The notes: generated from the sequence alone by a model not told the origin. Shown: positions 17,784 through 24,811, numbered from the stretch's first letter. The stretch: DNA of 24,811 bases from Clostridia bacterium (GCA_017614495.1 JAGABQ010000056.1:1-24811), one strand, 5' to 3'. Numbers and translations: made by a program.

Positions 17784-17803
17784 TACCCTTTGCGTGATTT
17801 TTC

Positions 17804-17836
17804 AAAAAAAATTTCCCGGCGCCGCCGGCGCCGGGA
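17804..17836 (-). terminator. Probable intrinsic terminator after Re-citrate synthase
   Basis: 10-bp GC stem TCCCGGCGCC/GGCGCCGGGA (17814-17836), followed on the - strand by AA and then a T8 run. Confidence 0.7.
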
Positions 17837-17840
17837 TATT

Positions 17841-19301
17841 TCATTTGTCTTCGCTTTCCGAAACGTGAATGTTTATCGTCGAGAGACGGCGGTATTCCTT
17901 GAAATCGAGCTTCCTGAGTATCGTTTCGAGCTCCTGGTCGCCCATCGCGGTGTTCCTGCCTTCCGCGTAAAGCTGATCGACCTTTTCTTTTATCTTTGCG
18001 ACTATCGGCGCGTGTTTGTCGATAACGTCATCGCCTTTCAGTCTGAAATACCCGTTCAGCCAGAACGCTATGCCGGCAAGGCCGCTGTGCGAATCTACGG
18101 CAACGGCCGCAGGCCTGCCGAGGATCTTTTCCGTATCGAAAATATTGTAGATCTCGGGATCCTTGAGCATGCCGTCCGCGTGGATGCCGGCGCGGGTGAC
18201 GTTGAAATTACGTCCGACAAAAGGCGTGCGGGGCGGGATATCGTATCCGATTTCGTTTTCAAAATACTCGGCGATCTCCGTTATGACTTTCAGATCCATC
18301 CCGTCGGTTGTTCCTCTAAGAGCCGCGTATTCCACCGCCATCGCCTCGAGCGGGCAGTTCCCCGTTCTCTCTCCTATACCGAGAAGCGCGCAGTTTACGC
18401 CGGAACATCCGTAAAGCCACGCGGTGGAGGCGTTGTTGACCACCTTGTAGAAATCGTTGTGCCCGTGCCATTCGAGCAGTTCGCTCGGGAAACCCGCGTA
18501 GTGCTGGAGACCGTAAATGATACCGGGAACGGATCTCGGCAGAGCGGCACCGGGAAAAGTCACGCCGTAACCCATCGTGTCGCAGGCGCGAATCTTGATC
18601 GGCACGCCGCTTTCATCCATAAGAGTGCGCAGCGCCTCCGCGAAAGGAACGACGAACCCGTAGTAATCCGCCCTTGTAATATCCTCAAAGTGACACCTCG
18701 GACGTATGCCGAAGCTCAGCATTTCCTTTACGATCCCAAGATATTTATCCAGCGCCTGAGCCCTCGTGAGGCCCATTTTGTTGTATATATGATAATCGGA
18801 GCAGGAAACGAGGACTCCGCTTTCCTTTATGCCGAGACTCTTTATAAGCTCAAAATCCTTGGTGTTTGCGCGGATCCAGCTCGTGACCTCCGGAAATTCG
18901 TAGCCGAGCGAGAGGCACTCCTCAACGGCGTGCCTGTCCTTTTCGGAATATACGAAAAATTCGCTCTGTCTGACGAGACCGTTTTCCCCGCCGAGACGGT
19001 GAAGCATTTTGAATATTTCGACTATCTGGCCGACCGTAAAGGGCGACGTGGACTGCTGTCCGTCGCGGAAAGTCGTGTCGGTTATCCAGATATGCTCCGG
19101 CATATTGATCGGAACGTAACGGTGGTTGAACGAAATCTTCGGTATGCTTTCATAATCAAAAAGATGCCGGTAGAGATTCGGTGTTTCCCTGTCCTGCAGC
19201 TGATATCGGTACGCCGACTGTTCGAGAAGATTGGTCGCTTCAGAGAACTCGAGCCGGGAGGAATCGCGGTTATTCGGAATTTTTTCTTCTGACATTTTCA
19301 T
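17841..19301 (-). CDS. Re-citrate synthase-like DRE-TIM metallolyase (often auto-annotated 2-isopropylmalate synthase)
   Basis: PNLYRHLF, IWITDTTFRDGQQS, QSEFFVY, FPEVTSWIRA, SCSDYHIYNK, RCHFEDITRAD, EWHGHNDF, LGIGERTGN and TRAGIHADG. No LeuA allosteric domain. Start is ATG 19301 or 19295. Confidence 0.8.
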   Translation of the reverse strand: MKMSEEKIPNNRDSSRLEFSEATNLLEQSAYRYQLQDRETPNLYRHLFDYESIPKISFNHRYVPINMPEHIWITDTTFRDGQQSTSPFTVGQIVEIFKMLHRLGGENGLVRQSEFFVYSEKDRHAVEECLSLGYEFPEVTSWIRANTKDFELIKSLGIKESGVLVSCSDYHIYNKMGLTRAQALDKYLGIVKEMLSFGIRPRCHFEDITRADYYGFVVPFAEALRTLMDESGVPIKIRACDTMGYGVTFPGAALPRSVPGIIYGLQHYAGFPSELLEWHGHNDFYKVVNNASTAWLYGCSGVNCALLGIGERTGNCPLEAMAVEYAALRGTTDGMDLKVITEIAEYFENEIGYDIPPRTPFVGRNFNVTRAGIHADGMLKDPEIYNIFDTEKILGRPAAVAVDSHSGLAGIAFWLNGYFRLKGDDVIDKHAPIVAKIKEKVDQLYAEGRNTAMGDQELETILRKLDFKEYRRLSTINIHVSESEDK

Positions 19302-19331
19302 TTTACCGTCGCCTGATGTGATATAGGAGAT

Positions 19332-19360
19332 ATTATACCACCGAAGTTGAATAATTGCAA
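19332..19360 (-). promoter_or_regulatory. sigmaA promoter of Re-citrate synthase gene
   Basis: TTGCAA (19355-19360), 17 nt spacer, TGgTATAAT (hexamer 19332-19337). Confidence 0.72.
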
Positions 19361-19380
19361 GCGCAAAATTTCATTTCTGC

Positions 19381-19407
19381 AAAAATTAAGGGCGGCCGCG
19401 GCCGCCC
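19381..19407 (-). terminator. Probable intrinsic terminator after galM
   Basis: Perfect GC palindrome GGGCGGCCGCGGCCGCCC (19390-19407) followed by TTAATTTTT on the - strand. Confidence 0.65.
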
Positions 19408-19412
19408 CGTAT

Positions 19413-20444
19413 TCATTTTTCAATGCCGAAGACGTACTTTGTCGTCGAGCGGTACTTTCTTCCCGCCCTCGTGAACCGCTGTTTCAGCGACTTGCGGTTC
19501 GGGAGATCCGGCGGGTTCTGAGTTTCGAGGCAGAGCGCGTGGAGTTTTCTCTGAGGCACGCCGCCCTTGAACTTCGTCGGGCCGTCCATGCCGACCGCCG
19601 TGTAGAGCTGAACGCACGGAAGATCGGTATAAACGTCCATACGTCTGCCGCTGCCGGGATCCTTGTACGTGACCCCGTGGCGGAGCGCGCCGGTCTTCGC
19701 CGCGCCGTTGATGTGGAAATTGTGATCGTAAGGTCCGGAGATCTTTCTCAGCCGCCTGAAATCGAAAGACGTGCTTTCGACGCTCGCCGGCTTATCTTTC
19801 GGGATAAGCGCCTCGTCCACGTCATCGTAATAATCCGCCTCGATTTTGAGCTTCTGATCCATCACGGAGCCGCCGTCGTAACCGTTGAGGTTGAAATACG
19901 CGTGGTTCGTGAGGTTTATATAGGTGTCGGCGTCTGTTTTAGCTTCGTATTTAATTTCAAGAGAATCGTCGTCGGCGAAAGTATATTTCACCTTGACCTC
20001 GAGGTTCCCGGGATATCCCTCCTCCATGTCGGGTGAAAAGAGCGAAAGGAAGAGCGAATCGGATTCGTTTCCCGATCTCGTTTTGACTTTCCAGATCTTT
20101 CTGTTAAAACCGACGTATCCGCCGTGCAGATGTCCGCGGCCCGCCTCGTTGCTCGCTACGGGATAGAACTTCTTGCCTATCCTGAATCCGCCGCCGGATA
20201 TCCTGTTTCCGCATCTTCCGACGAGGCTCCCGGTGTAGGACGCTCTATCGGCGATATAATCCTCGACGGTGTCGAAGCCGCAGACCACGTCCCCGAGCTT
20301 GCCGTTTTTATCCGGCACGACGAGACTCTGAATTATCCCGCCGTAGTTCAGGATTGTGACGCTGCTGCCTTTTTTATTCGTCAGCCGGTAAGCGAAAACT
20401 TTTTCGCCGCCGTACGTTCCGAAATATTTTTTCTCTATGCTCAT
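19413..20444 (-). CDS. galM: Aldose 1-epimerase (galactose mutarotase)
   Basis: ILNYGGII, LVGRCGNRI, HLHGG, EEGYPGNL, NLTNHAYFNL, YDHNF, QLYTA and LCLETQ; catalytic His and Glu are present. Confidence 0.92.
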   Translation of the reverse strand: MSIEKKYFGTYGGEKVFAYRLTNKKGSSVTILNYGGIIQSLVVPDKNGKLGDVVCGFDTVEDYIADRASYTGSLVGRCGNRISGGGFRIGKKFYPVASNEAGRGHLHGGYVGFNRKIWKVKTRSGNESDSLFLSLFSPDMEEGYPGNLEVKVKYTFADDDSLEIKYEAKTDADTYINLTNHAYFNLNGYDGGSVMDQKLKIEADYYDDVDEALIPKDKPASVESTSFDFRRLRKISGPYDHNFHINGAAKTGALRHGVTYKDPGSGRRMDVYTDLPCVQLYTAVGMDGPTKFKGGVPQRKLHALCLETQNPPDLPNRKSLKQRFTRAGRKYRSTTKYVFGIEK

Positions 20445-20482
20445 TTGAAATCCTCCTCAGATGTTAATCGGGCACGTTTGAT

Positions 20483-20511
20483 ATTATACCCGAAACACCC
20501 CGTTTTGTCAA
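20483..20511 (-). promoter_or_regulatory. sigmaA promoter of galM
   Basis: TTGACA (20506-20511), 17 nt spacer, TATAAT (20483-20488). Confidence 0.85.
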
Positions 20512-20529
20512 TCTTAAAACATTGTTTTC

Positions 20530-20558
20530 TTGACAAAAACGGCGTTTGATGCTATACT
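20530..20558 (+). promoter_or_regulatory. sigmaA promoter of methyltransferase/lipoprotein/alr operon
   Basis: TTGACA (20530-20535), 17 nt spacer, TGcTATACT (hexamer 20553-20558). SD AGGAGG at 20571-20576. Confidence 0.82.
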
Positions 20559-20583
20559 GAATCGGTTCTAAGGAGGCGACGGC

Positions 20584-21324
20584 ATGCGGCAGTATTCGAT
20601 TCTCGCAGATTTTTACGACAAGCTGAATTCCGATTTCGACTACGGCGGATACGCCCGGATGGCGGACCGGCTTTTCCGTATGAACGGAATTGTCCCCGGC
20701 GATCTCGTGCTCGATCTCGCCTGCGGAACCGGCAACCTGACGGTCCGTCTGTCTGAGCTCGGATATAATATGATAGGCGCGGACGTGTCGCCCGAAATGC
20801 TCGGCGTCGCCCGCGAAAAGGCGGGAGACGAGATACTTTTCATAAATCAGGACATGAGGAGCTTTGAGCTTTACGGGACCGTCAAGGCCGTCGTATGCTC
20901 TCTCGACAGCGTCAATTATCTCCTGAAACGGAAAGATCTCCTCGACTGCTTCTCCGCGGTGCACAATTATCTCGAACCTGACGGCCTGTTCATTTTTGAC
21001 GTGAACACGAAGTACCGGTTCGAAAACGTCTATTCCGACAGAGATTATATTCTCGAGGATGACGGCATATTCTGCGGCTGGAGAAACGTTTATAACGGAA
21101 AAACGGGTGTTTGCGACTTTTTTCTCACGCTGTTTGCCGAAGAAAACGGAGAAATAAAGCGCTTTGACGAGCATCAGCGTGAACGCGCATGGTCGGAAAG
21201 GACTCTCAGAAACGTCCTTGAGCAAACAGGTCTTGCCGTCACGGGTATCTATTCAGATTTCGATCTCTCGCCCGTCGGGGAGCGCGACGAGAAAATGTTT
21301 TTTGTGTGCAGGTGCCGGAAATGA
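20584..21324 (+). CDS. Class I SAM-dependent methyltransferase (YqeM-like)
   Basis: Motif I VLDLACGTG, GADVSPEML, QDMRSF, CSLDSVNYL, YLEPDGLFIFDVNT and EHQRERAW. Confidence 0.88.
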   Translation: MRQYSILADFYDKLNSDFDYGGYARMADRLFRMNGIVPGDLVLDLACGTGNLTVRLSELGYNMIGADVSPEMLGVAREKAGDEILFINQDMRSFELYGTVKAVVCSLDSVNYLLKRKDLLDCFSAVHNYLEPDGLFIFDVNTKYRFENVYSDRDYILEDDGIFCGWRNVYNGKTGVCDFFLTLFAEENGEIKRFDEHQRERAWSERTLRNVLEQTGLAVTGIYSDFDLSPVGERDEKMFFVCRCRK

Positions 21325-22361
21325 AAAGAACGCTTGCCTTTATACTTATATTCTTCTGCATATTCGCCTCCTCGTCATGCTCCAAAGCGTGGCAGGGATA
21401 CGAAAACGAAGATCTTGACAAATATATAGCCTACGGCGAGCTGAAAAAGATCCGCTACGCAGACGCCGAGGTCTCTGACGAAGACGTTGAAAAAGAACTC
21501 TCCTCCCGGCTTGAAAAACTCGCGACGGAAATTCCGGCTTCGGAGCCCTTCGGCGACGGCCGATCGGCGCTTATCAGCGCGTTCCCGACGGTTAACGGCG
21601 AACAGTATCCGGAGGCCGCGCTGACGGATATTCTCGTCGTCGCCGGGCAGACCGGGGACGCGGTGAGAAAAGCCATCTCCGACGCTCTATACGGAAAATC
21701 GGCCGGCGAGGAAAGCACGGTCAGGATATCCGTCCCGACGGGCTATTTCAGGAATATCCCCTCCGGATTTGTCGCGGATTATTCAGTCAGCATACAGCAG
21801 GTCTACGATCACGTTTTGCCCGAGCTGAGCGACGAGGTCTGCTCGATAATCAACCCGGGAAGCTCCGGCCCCGCGTTTATAAGAGACGAAATAAAAGCTC
21901 AGCTGAAGGAAGAGGCCGAAAACGAGCTGCGCGAAGCGGCGGGCTTTGAAGCATGGAACGAGTATCTCGCGACAGCGTATATCAAAAGCCTTCCGTACGA
22001 GGTGTACATCGGCTTTTACAACAATCTCGAGTACCCGTACACGGTGCTTGCCGAGGCCGCCGAAAAATCGCTTGAGCAGTATATTACCGAAGACTGCGGC
22101 ATGACGAAAAAAGAGTTCGAGCTCGGGCTCTCTTCAAAAGCGCTCGAAAAGACCAAAAACGCCCTCCTCGTCTACGTCACGGCGAAAAACGCAGGAATAG
22201 TTTGCGACGACGTTAAGCTGCTGTCCTATGCAGAGTCCGTTGCCGGGAAATCGGACGGAGAATTTGAAAACGGAGAAAGCTATATCAACTATATCGGCGA
22301 GGATCAGGCAAGATGCGACTGTCTCCTTGAGATGATATTTGATTATTACACCGAAAAATGA
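21321..22361 (+). CDS. Trigger-factor-like putative lipoprotein (346 aa) with degenerate FKBP domain
   Basis: Start at ATG 21321 (ATGA overlap). Signal peptide MKRTLAFILIFFCIFASSS-C20. LDKYIAYG...VSDEDVE, an FKBP-like block and a helical C-terminal region (LEQYI...GMTKKEF...LVYVTAKNAGI) follow the order of trigger factor without its ribosome-binding domain. Confidence 0.62.
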   Translation: MKRTLAFILIFFCIFASSSCSKAWQGYENEDLDKYIAYGELKKIRYADAEVSDEDVEKELSSRLEKLATEIPASEPFGDGRSALISAFPTVNGEQYPEAALTDILVVAGQTGDAVRKAISDALYGKSAGEESTVRISVPTGYFRNIPSGFVADYSVSIQQVYDHVLPELSDEVCSIINPGSSGPAFIRDEIKAQLKEEAENELREAAGFEAWNEYLATAYIKSLPYEVYIGFYNNLEYPYTVLAEAAEKSLEQYITEDCGMTKKEFELGLSSKALEKTKNALLVYVTAKNAGIVCDDVKLLSYAESVAGKSDGEFENGESYINYIGEDQARCDCLLEMIFDYYTEK

Positions 22362-23497
22362 CTCTTACCACAGACAGAAACGAAATAAAAAAATCCCGCA
22401 CCTGGATCGAGATCGACACCCGGGCGCTCAGGAAAAACGTTGAAACTATAAGAAAAATATCCGGCTGCCGCAAAATGATGGTTGCCGTCAAGGCAGACGC
22501 CTACGGCCACGGAGCGGTTGAGGTCGCATCGGTTCTGTCCGACGTTTCCGAGATGTTTGCCGTCGCGGCGCCCTGCGAGGCGCTTGAGCTCCGCCGCGCC
22601 GGGATCGAAAACGACATCCTCATCCTCAGCGGCGCGTCCCCCTGCGCGATACCCGAAATACTCGAAAACGGCGTTATTCCCACGATGTTCGACGTCGATT
22701 CAGCCCGAGTTATTTCGGAAGAAGCCGAAAAGCTCGGGATAAAAGCAGACGTTTTCATAGCCGTCGATACCGGCATGAGCCGCATCGGCGTCTCGTCCGA
22801 TGAAAAGGGCGCAGCCATTACTGCCGAAATTTCTTCGCTTAAAAACATACGGATAAAAGGCATTTTTACGCATCTTGCGAGGGCCGACGAAGAGGATAAA
22901 AGCACGACGCTCGCTCAGCTGTCGGCGTTTGCACGCTTCACCTCCCTGCTTGACGGTCTCGGCGTTGAATACGGTGAAACAAGCATTTCAAACAGCGCCG
23001 CGGCGCTGACGATGAACATTCCGCAGGACATCGTCCGCGGAGGTATCGCCGTTTACGGGATAGCCCCGTCGGACGAGGTCCCGCTCCCCGACGAAATAAA
23101 GCCCGTCATGTCGATGCGCTCGCGGATCGAGCAGATAAAAAAGGTCCCCGCGGGAACGGGAGTCAGCTACGGACACACGTTTGTCACGAAAAGACCGACA
23201 AAGCTCGCGACCGTCTACTGCGGATATGCGGACGGGTATCCGCGCGCGCTTTCAGGCAAAGGCAGAGTCCTTGTAAGAGCGCAGTACGCGCCGATCGTCG
23301 GGCGGATATGCATGGATCAATTCATGGTTGACGTGACCGACACGGAGGGGGTCGAAAAAGACGACGTGGTCACTCTGTTCGGAAAAGACGGCGACAATGA
23401 GATCGGCGTCGGGGAGATCGCAAAGCTTAGCGGAACGATTACTTATGAAATACTCGCGGGTTTTTCTTCCCCGCGAGTACCTAAAATCTATTTATAA
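22358..23497 (+). CDS. alr: Alanine racemase
   Basis: TWIEID, VAVKADAYGHG (PLP Lys), VDTGMSRIG, GIFTHLA, VRGGIAVYG, GVSYG (catalytic Tyr), GYADGYPR, VGRICMDQ and TITYEIL. Confidence 0.95.
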   Translation: MTLTTDRNEIKKSRTWIEIDTRALRKNVETIRKISGCRKMMVAVKADAYGHGAVEVASVLSDVSEMFAVAAPCEALELRRAGIENDILILSGASPCAIPEILENGVIPTMFDVDSARVISEEAEKLGIKADVFIAVDTGMSRIGVSSDEKGAAITAEISSLKNIRIKGIFTHLARADEEDKSTTLAQLSAFARFTSLLDGLGVEYGETSISNSAAALTMNIPQDIVRGGIAVYGIAPSDEVPLPDEIKPVMSMRSRIEQIKKVPAGTGVSYGHTFVTKRPTKLATVYCGYADGYPRALSGKGRVLVRAQYAPIVGRICMDQFMVDVTDTEGVEKDDVVTLFGKDGDNEIGVGEIAKLSGTITYEILAGFSSPRVPKIYL

Positions 23498-23503
23498 ACC
23501 CGT

Positions 23504-23531
23504 GCGGACAGGTCACTGTCCGCTTCTTTTT
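23504..23531 (+). terminator. Intrinsic terminator for alr overlapping the 3' end of the convergent gene
   Basis: GCGGACAG-gtca-CTGTCCGC (8 bp) followed by TTCTTTTT. Confidence 0.72.
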
Positions 23532-24811
23532 CTCCTCGTGGCGGCGCGGCGCTTGCGTTCGCGCTCTTTTTTGCGCTCGGCAAGTATGCTCGCAATGATG
23601 ATTATTATCACGATTATGAAAATCACGATAAGAGCGATCAGGAATATCTTGCTCAGGTCGCTCGTTTTGCTCGTCCTGTCGGTCACGACCGGGGGATCGG
23701 TCTCCGCCTCGGTAGTGTTCGCCGGGGTTATGGGCAACGTCGTGGAGGCCGGCGGATTCGGATTGTCGACCGTCGTCGTGCCGGTTGCGGGTACCGTCTC
23801 GGTCTCGTAGTGTCCGCAAACCGTGCAGGTGCGGGTGCGCGTACCGTTGAGCGTTGCCGTGGGATTGACGGTGACTACCCACTCCCCGAAGGAATGAAGC
23901 CCCGTCGCCGGGAGCTCTACCGAGCTTACGGTCTCGCCGCAATCGTCGCAGACGGTGTTTTCATATCCCTTTTCGCCGCAGGTCGGCTCTTTCCTGTCGA
24001 CATGTGTGTTCGTATGCTTGCAGGCCGAGCTGTTGACAGTTATCTTAGCGGAAGACGCCGTCTTTTTGCCGCTTCCGCTCCCGAAGGTGGCGACTATCCT
24101 CGTCCCCGCGTCATCCACGGCGAGCGTCTTGCCGTTTGACGGGCTTATCGTTATTCCGTATTTTCCGAAATCGGAATAAGAAACGGTCACGGACGTTCCG
24201 TCGGAATAGGTCAGCACGACCGTCACTCCCGTGAGGTTGAGCGCCGTACCCTCCGTATACGTCGTTGCGGGGGCGGTGCCGTAAGCGATCGAATCGACCT
24301 TTTTTGCGGCCTCGACGGGATCGGATTTTTCGGATTCGCCGCTCGCGTCGTAAATCTCGGCGTCCTTCGGCTGCGCCGCGACGGAGGCCGAATACTTTTC
24401 TCCTCCCTTTACGCTGCCGCCGAGCGCAAACGCGCCCGCCTTAGATTCAGTTTCTTTAGTGTCGATGACCTCGCCCGACTCGTCGTACAGTTTCAGCACG
24501 TATTTGCCGACGGAGCCGTCAGGATTTGTGTCGGTTATCTGATATTTCAGCCCGCCGTTCGCGACGTCCTTTGTGAGTTTGACGGTCGGGGCTGTGAGCG
24601 CGCCCCTCACGGTGTGCTCCGGGCTTTTTGCCGATTCTTCGCTGTCTCCGAGCTCCTCGCTGTCAGACAGAGCGGTCACGGCGAACGTGTACTTCCCCGC
24701 CTCGGTGAGCGAGGAAAAATCATAACTGTTTGTGCTCGCCTCGTATGCCGATCCGAACTCTTTTCCGCCCTTGTAAAGCTGAACGGAGTATCCGGACGCA
24801 AGCGGCACGGC
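23513..24811 (-). CDS. C-terminal part of a large modular membrane-anchored surface protein (Fn3/Ig-like modules, Cys/His repeats, Thr/Pro linker, C-terminal TM); 5'-truncated
   Basis: The track's 431-aa translation is read from the reverse complement (GCC GTG CCG CTT from 24811; stop TGA = tca at 23513-23515), so the strand is '-', not '+'. Ends in IFLIALIVIFIIVIIIIIASILA-ERKKERERKRRAATRRKRSGQ. Confidence 0.85.
   Translation of the reverse strand, partial: AVPLASGYSVQLYKGGKEFGSAYEASTNSYDFSSLTEAGKYTFAVTALSDSEELGDSEESAKSPEHTVRGALTAPTVKLTKDVANGGLKYQITDTNPDGSVGKYVLKLYDESGEVIDTKETESKAGAFALGGSVKGGEKYSASVAAQPKDAEIYDASGESEKSDPVEAAKKVDSIAYGTAPATTYTEGTALNLTGVTVVLTYSDGTSVTVSYSDFGKYGITISPSNGKTLAVDDAGTRIVATFGSGSGKKTASSAKITVNSSACKHTNTHVDRKEPTCGEKGYENTVCDDCGETVSSVELPATGLHSFGEWVVTVNPTATLNGTRTRTCTVCGHYETETVPATGTTTVDNPNPPASTTLPITPANTTEAETDPPVVTDRTSKTSDLSKIFLIALIVIFIIVIIIIIASILAERKKERERKRRAATRRKRSGQ

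Noticed and set aside
17767-17784. GTCAA direct repeat as a CtsR box
   Set aside because: CtsR heptads (RGTCAAA-NAN-RGTCAAA) repeat every 10 bp; this repeats every 11 bp with mismatched flanks. A classical MerR activation site is also unlikely, because the spacer is 17 rather than 19 bp.
15715-19292. Long + strand ORFs (466 aa at 15715-17115; 535 aa at 17685-19292)
   Set aside because: They are antisense shadows of the flotillin and Re-citrate synthase genes, with no motifs, SD or promoter. Such shadows are expected from codon bias in moderately GC-rich genes.
19390-19407. GC palindrome with two overlapping NotI sites as a repeat/REP element or cloning artefact
   Set aside because: It is a single copy immediately after the galM stop, followed by a T-rich run; a terminator explains it.
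23770-23915. LPATG/VPATG as sortase LPxTG signals
   Set aside because: They are the recurring end of the Cys/His repeat and lie about 50-90 residues before the TM helix rather than adjacent to it.
23513-24808. ORF track labels the 431-aa ORF as + strand
   Set aside because: The given translation matches the reverse complement (GTG CCG CTT GCG from 24808; stop tca at 23513-23515), so the gene is on the - strand. GTG 24808 is probably internal, since the frame is open to the window edge.
1-24811. Mobile elements, CRISPR arrays, rRNA/tRNA, defence or toxin genes
   Set aside because: I saw no transposase, integrase or cas motifs, no spaced direct-repeat arrays and no obvious compositional island. 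Intergenic gaps are short and accounted for by promoters, terminators and leaders.

Overview
This window is a gene-dense, housekeeping-type chromosomal segment of a bacterium. It is inferred to be an anaerobic Firmicute (Clostridia-like) from its sigmaA-consensus promoters, zinc-type L33, Re-citrate synthase, split Na+-decarboxylase and DUF1836-like gene. Order on the + strand: oadB (5'-truncated), oadA without a biotin domain, a DSD1/D-threonine-aldolase-family PLP enzyme, then serC-serA-PPTase-yhbY ending at a bidirectional terminator. The - strand, in reading order, carries galM, Re-citrate synthase, a DUF1836-like/flotillin/prohibitin-like SPFH operon, two tandem ABC ATPase-FtsX/MacB permease fusions, and rpmG-secE-nusG-rplK-rplA. 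rpmG is missing from the ORF track. A + strand operon follows with a SAM methyltransferase, a trigger-factor-like lipoprotein and alr. It converges on the 3' part of a large modular membrane-anchored surface protein, which lies on the - strand although the ORF track labels it '+'. I saw no mobile element, CRISPR array, tRNA or rRNA. The best leads are four: the DUF1836-like/two-SPFH operon lacking NfeD, with repeats over its promoter; an SD-led 5-codon uORF in frame with rpmG; a DSD1-family enzyme apparently co-transcribed with the oxaloacetate decarboxylase Na+ pump; and a secreted trigger-factor-like protein with a degenerate FKBP domain. All were read by eye, and their novelty is not established.
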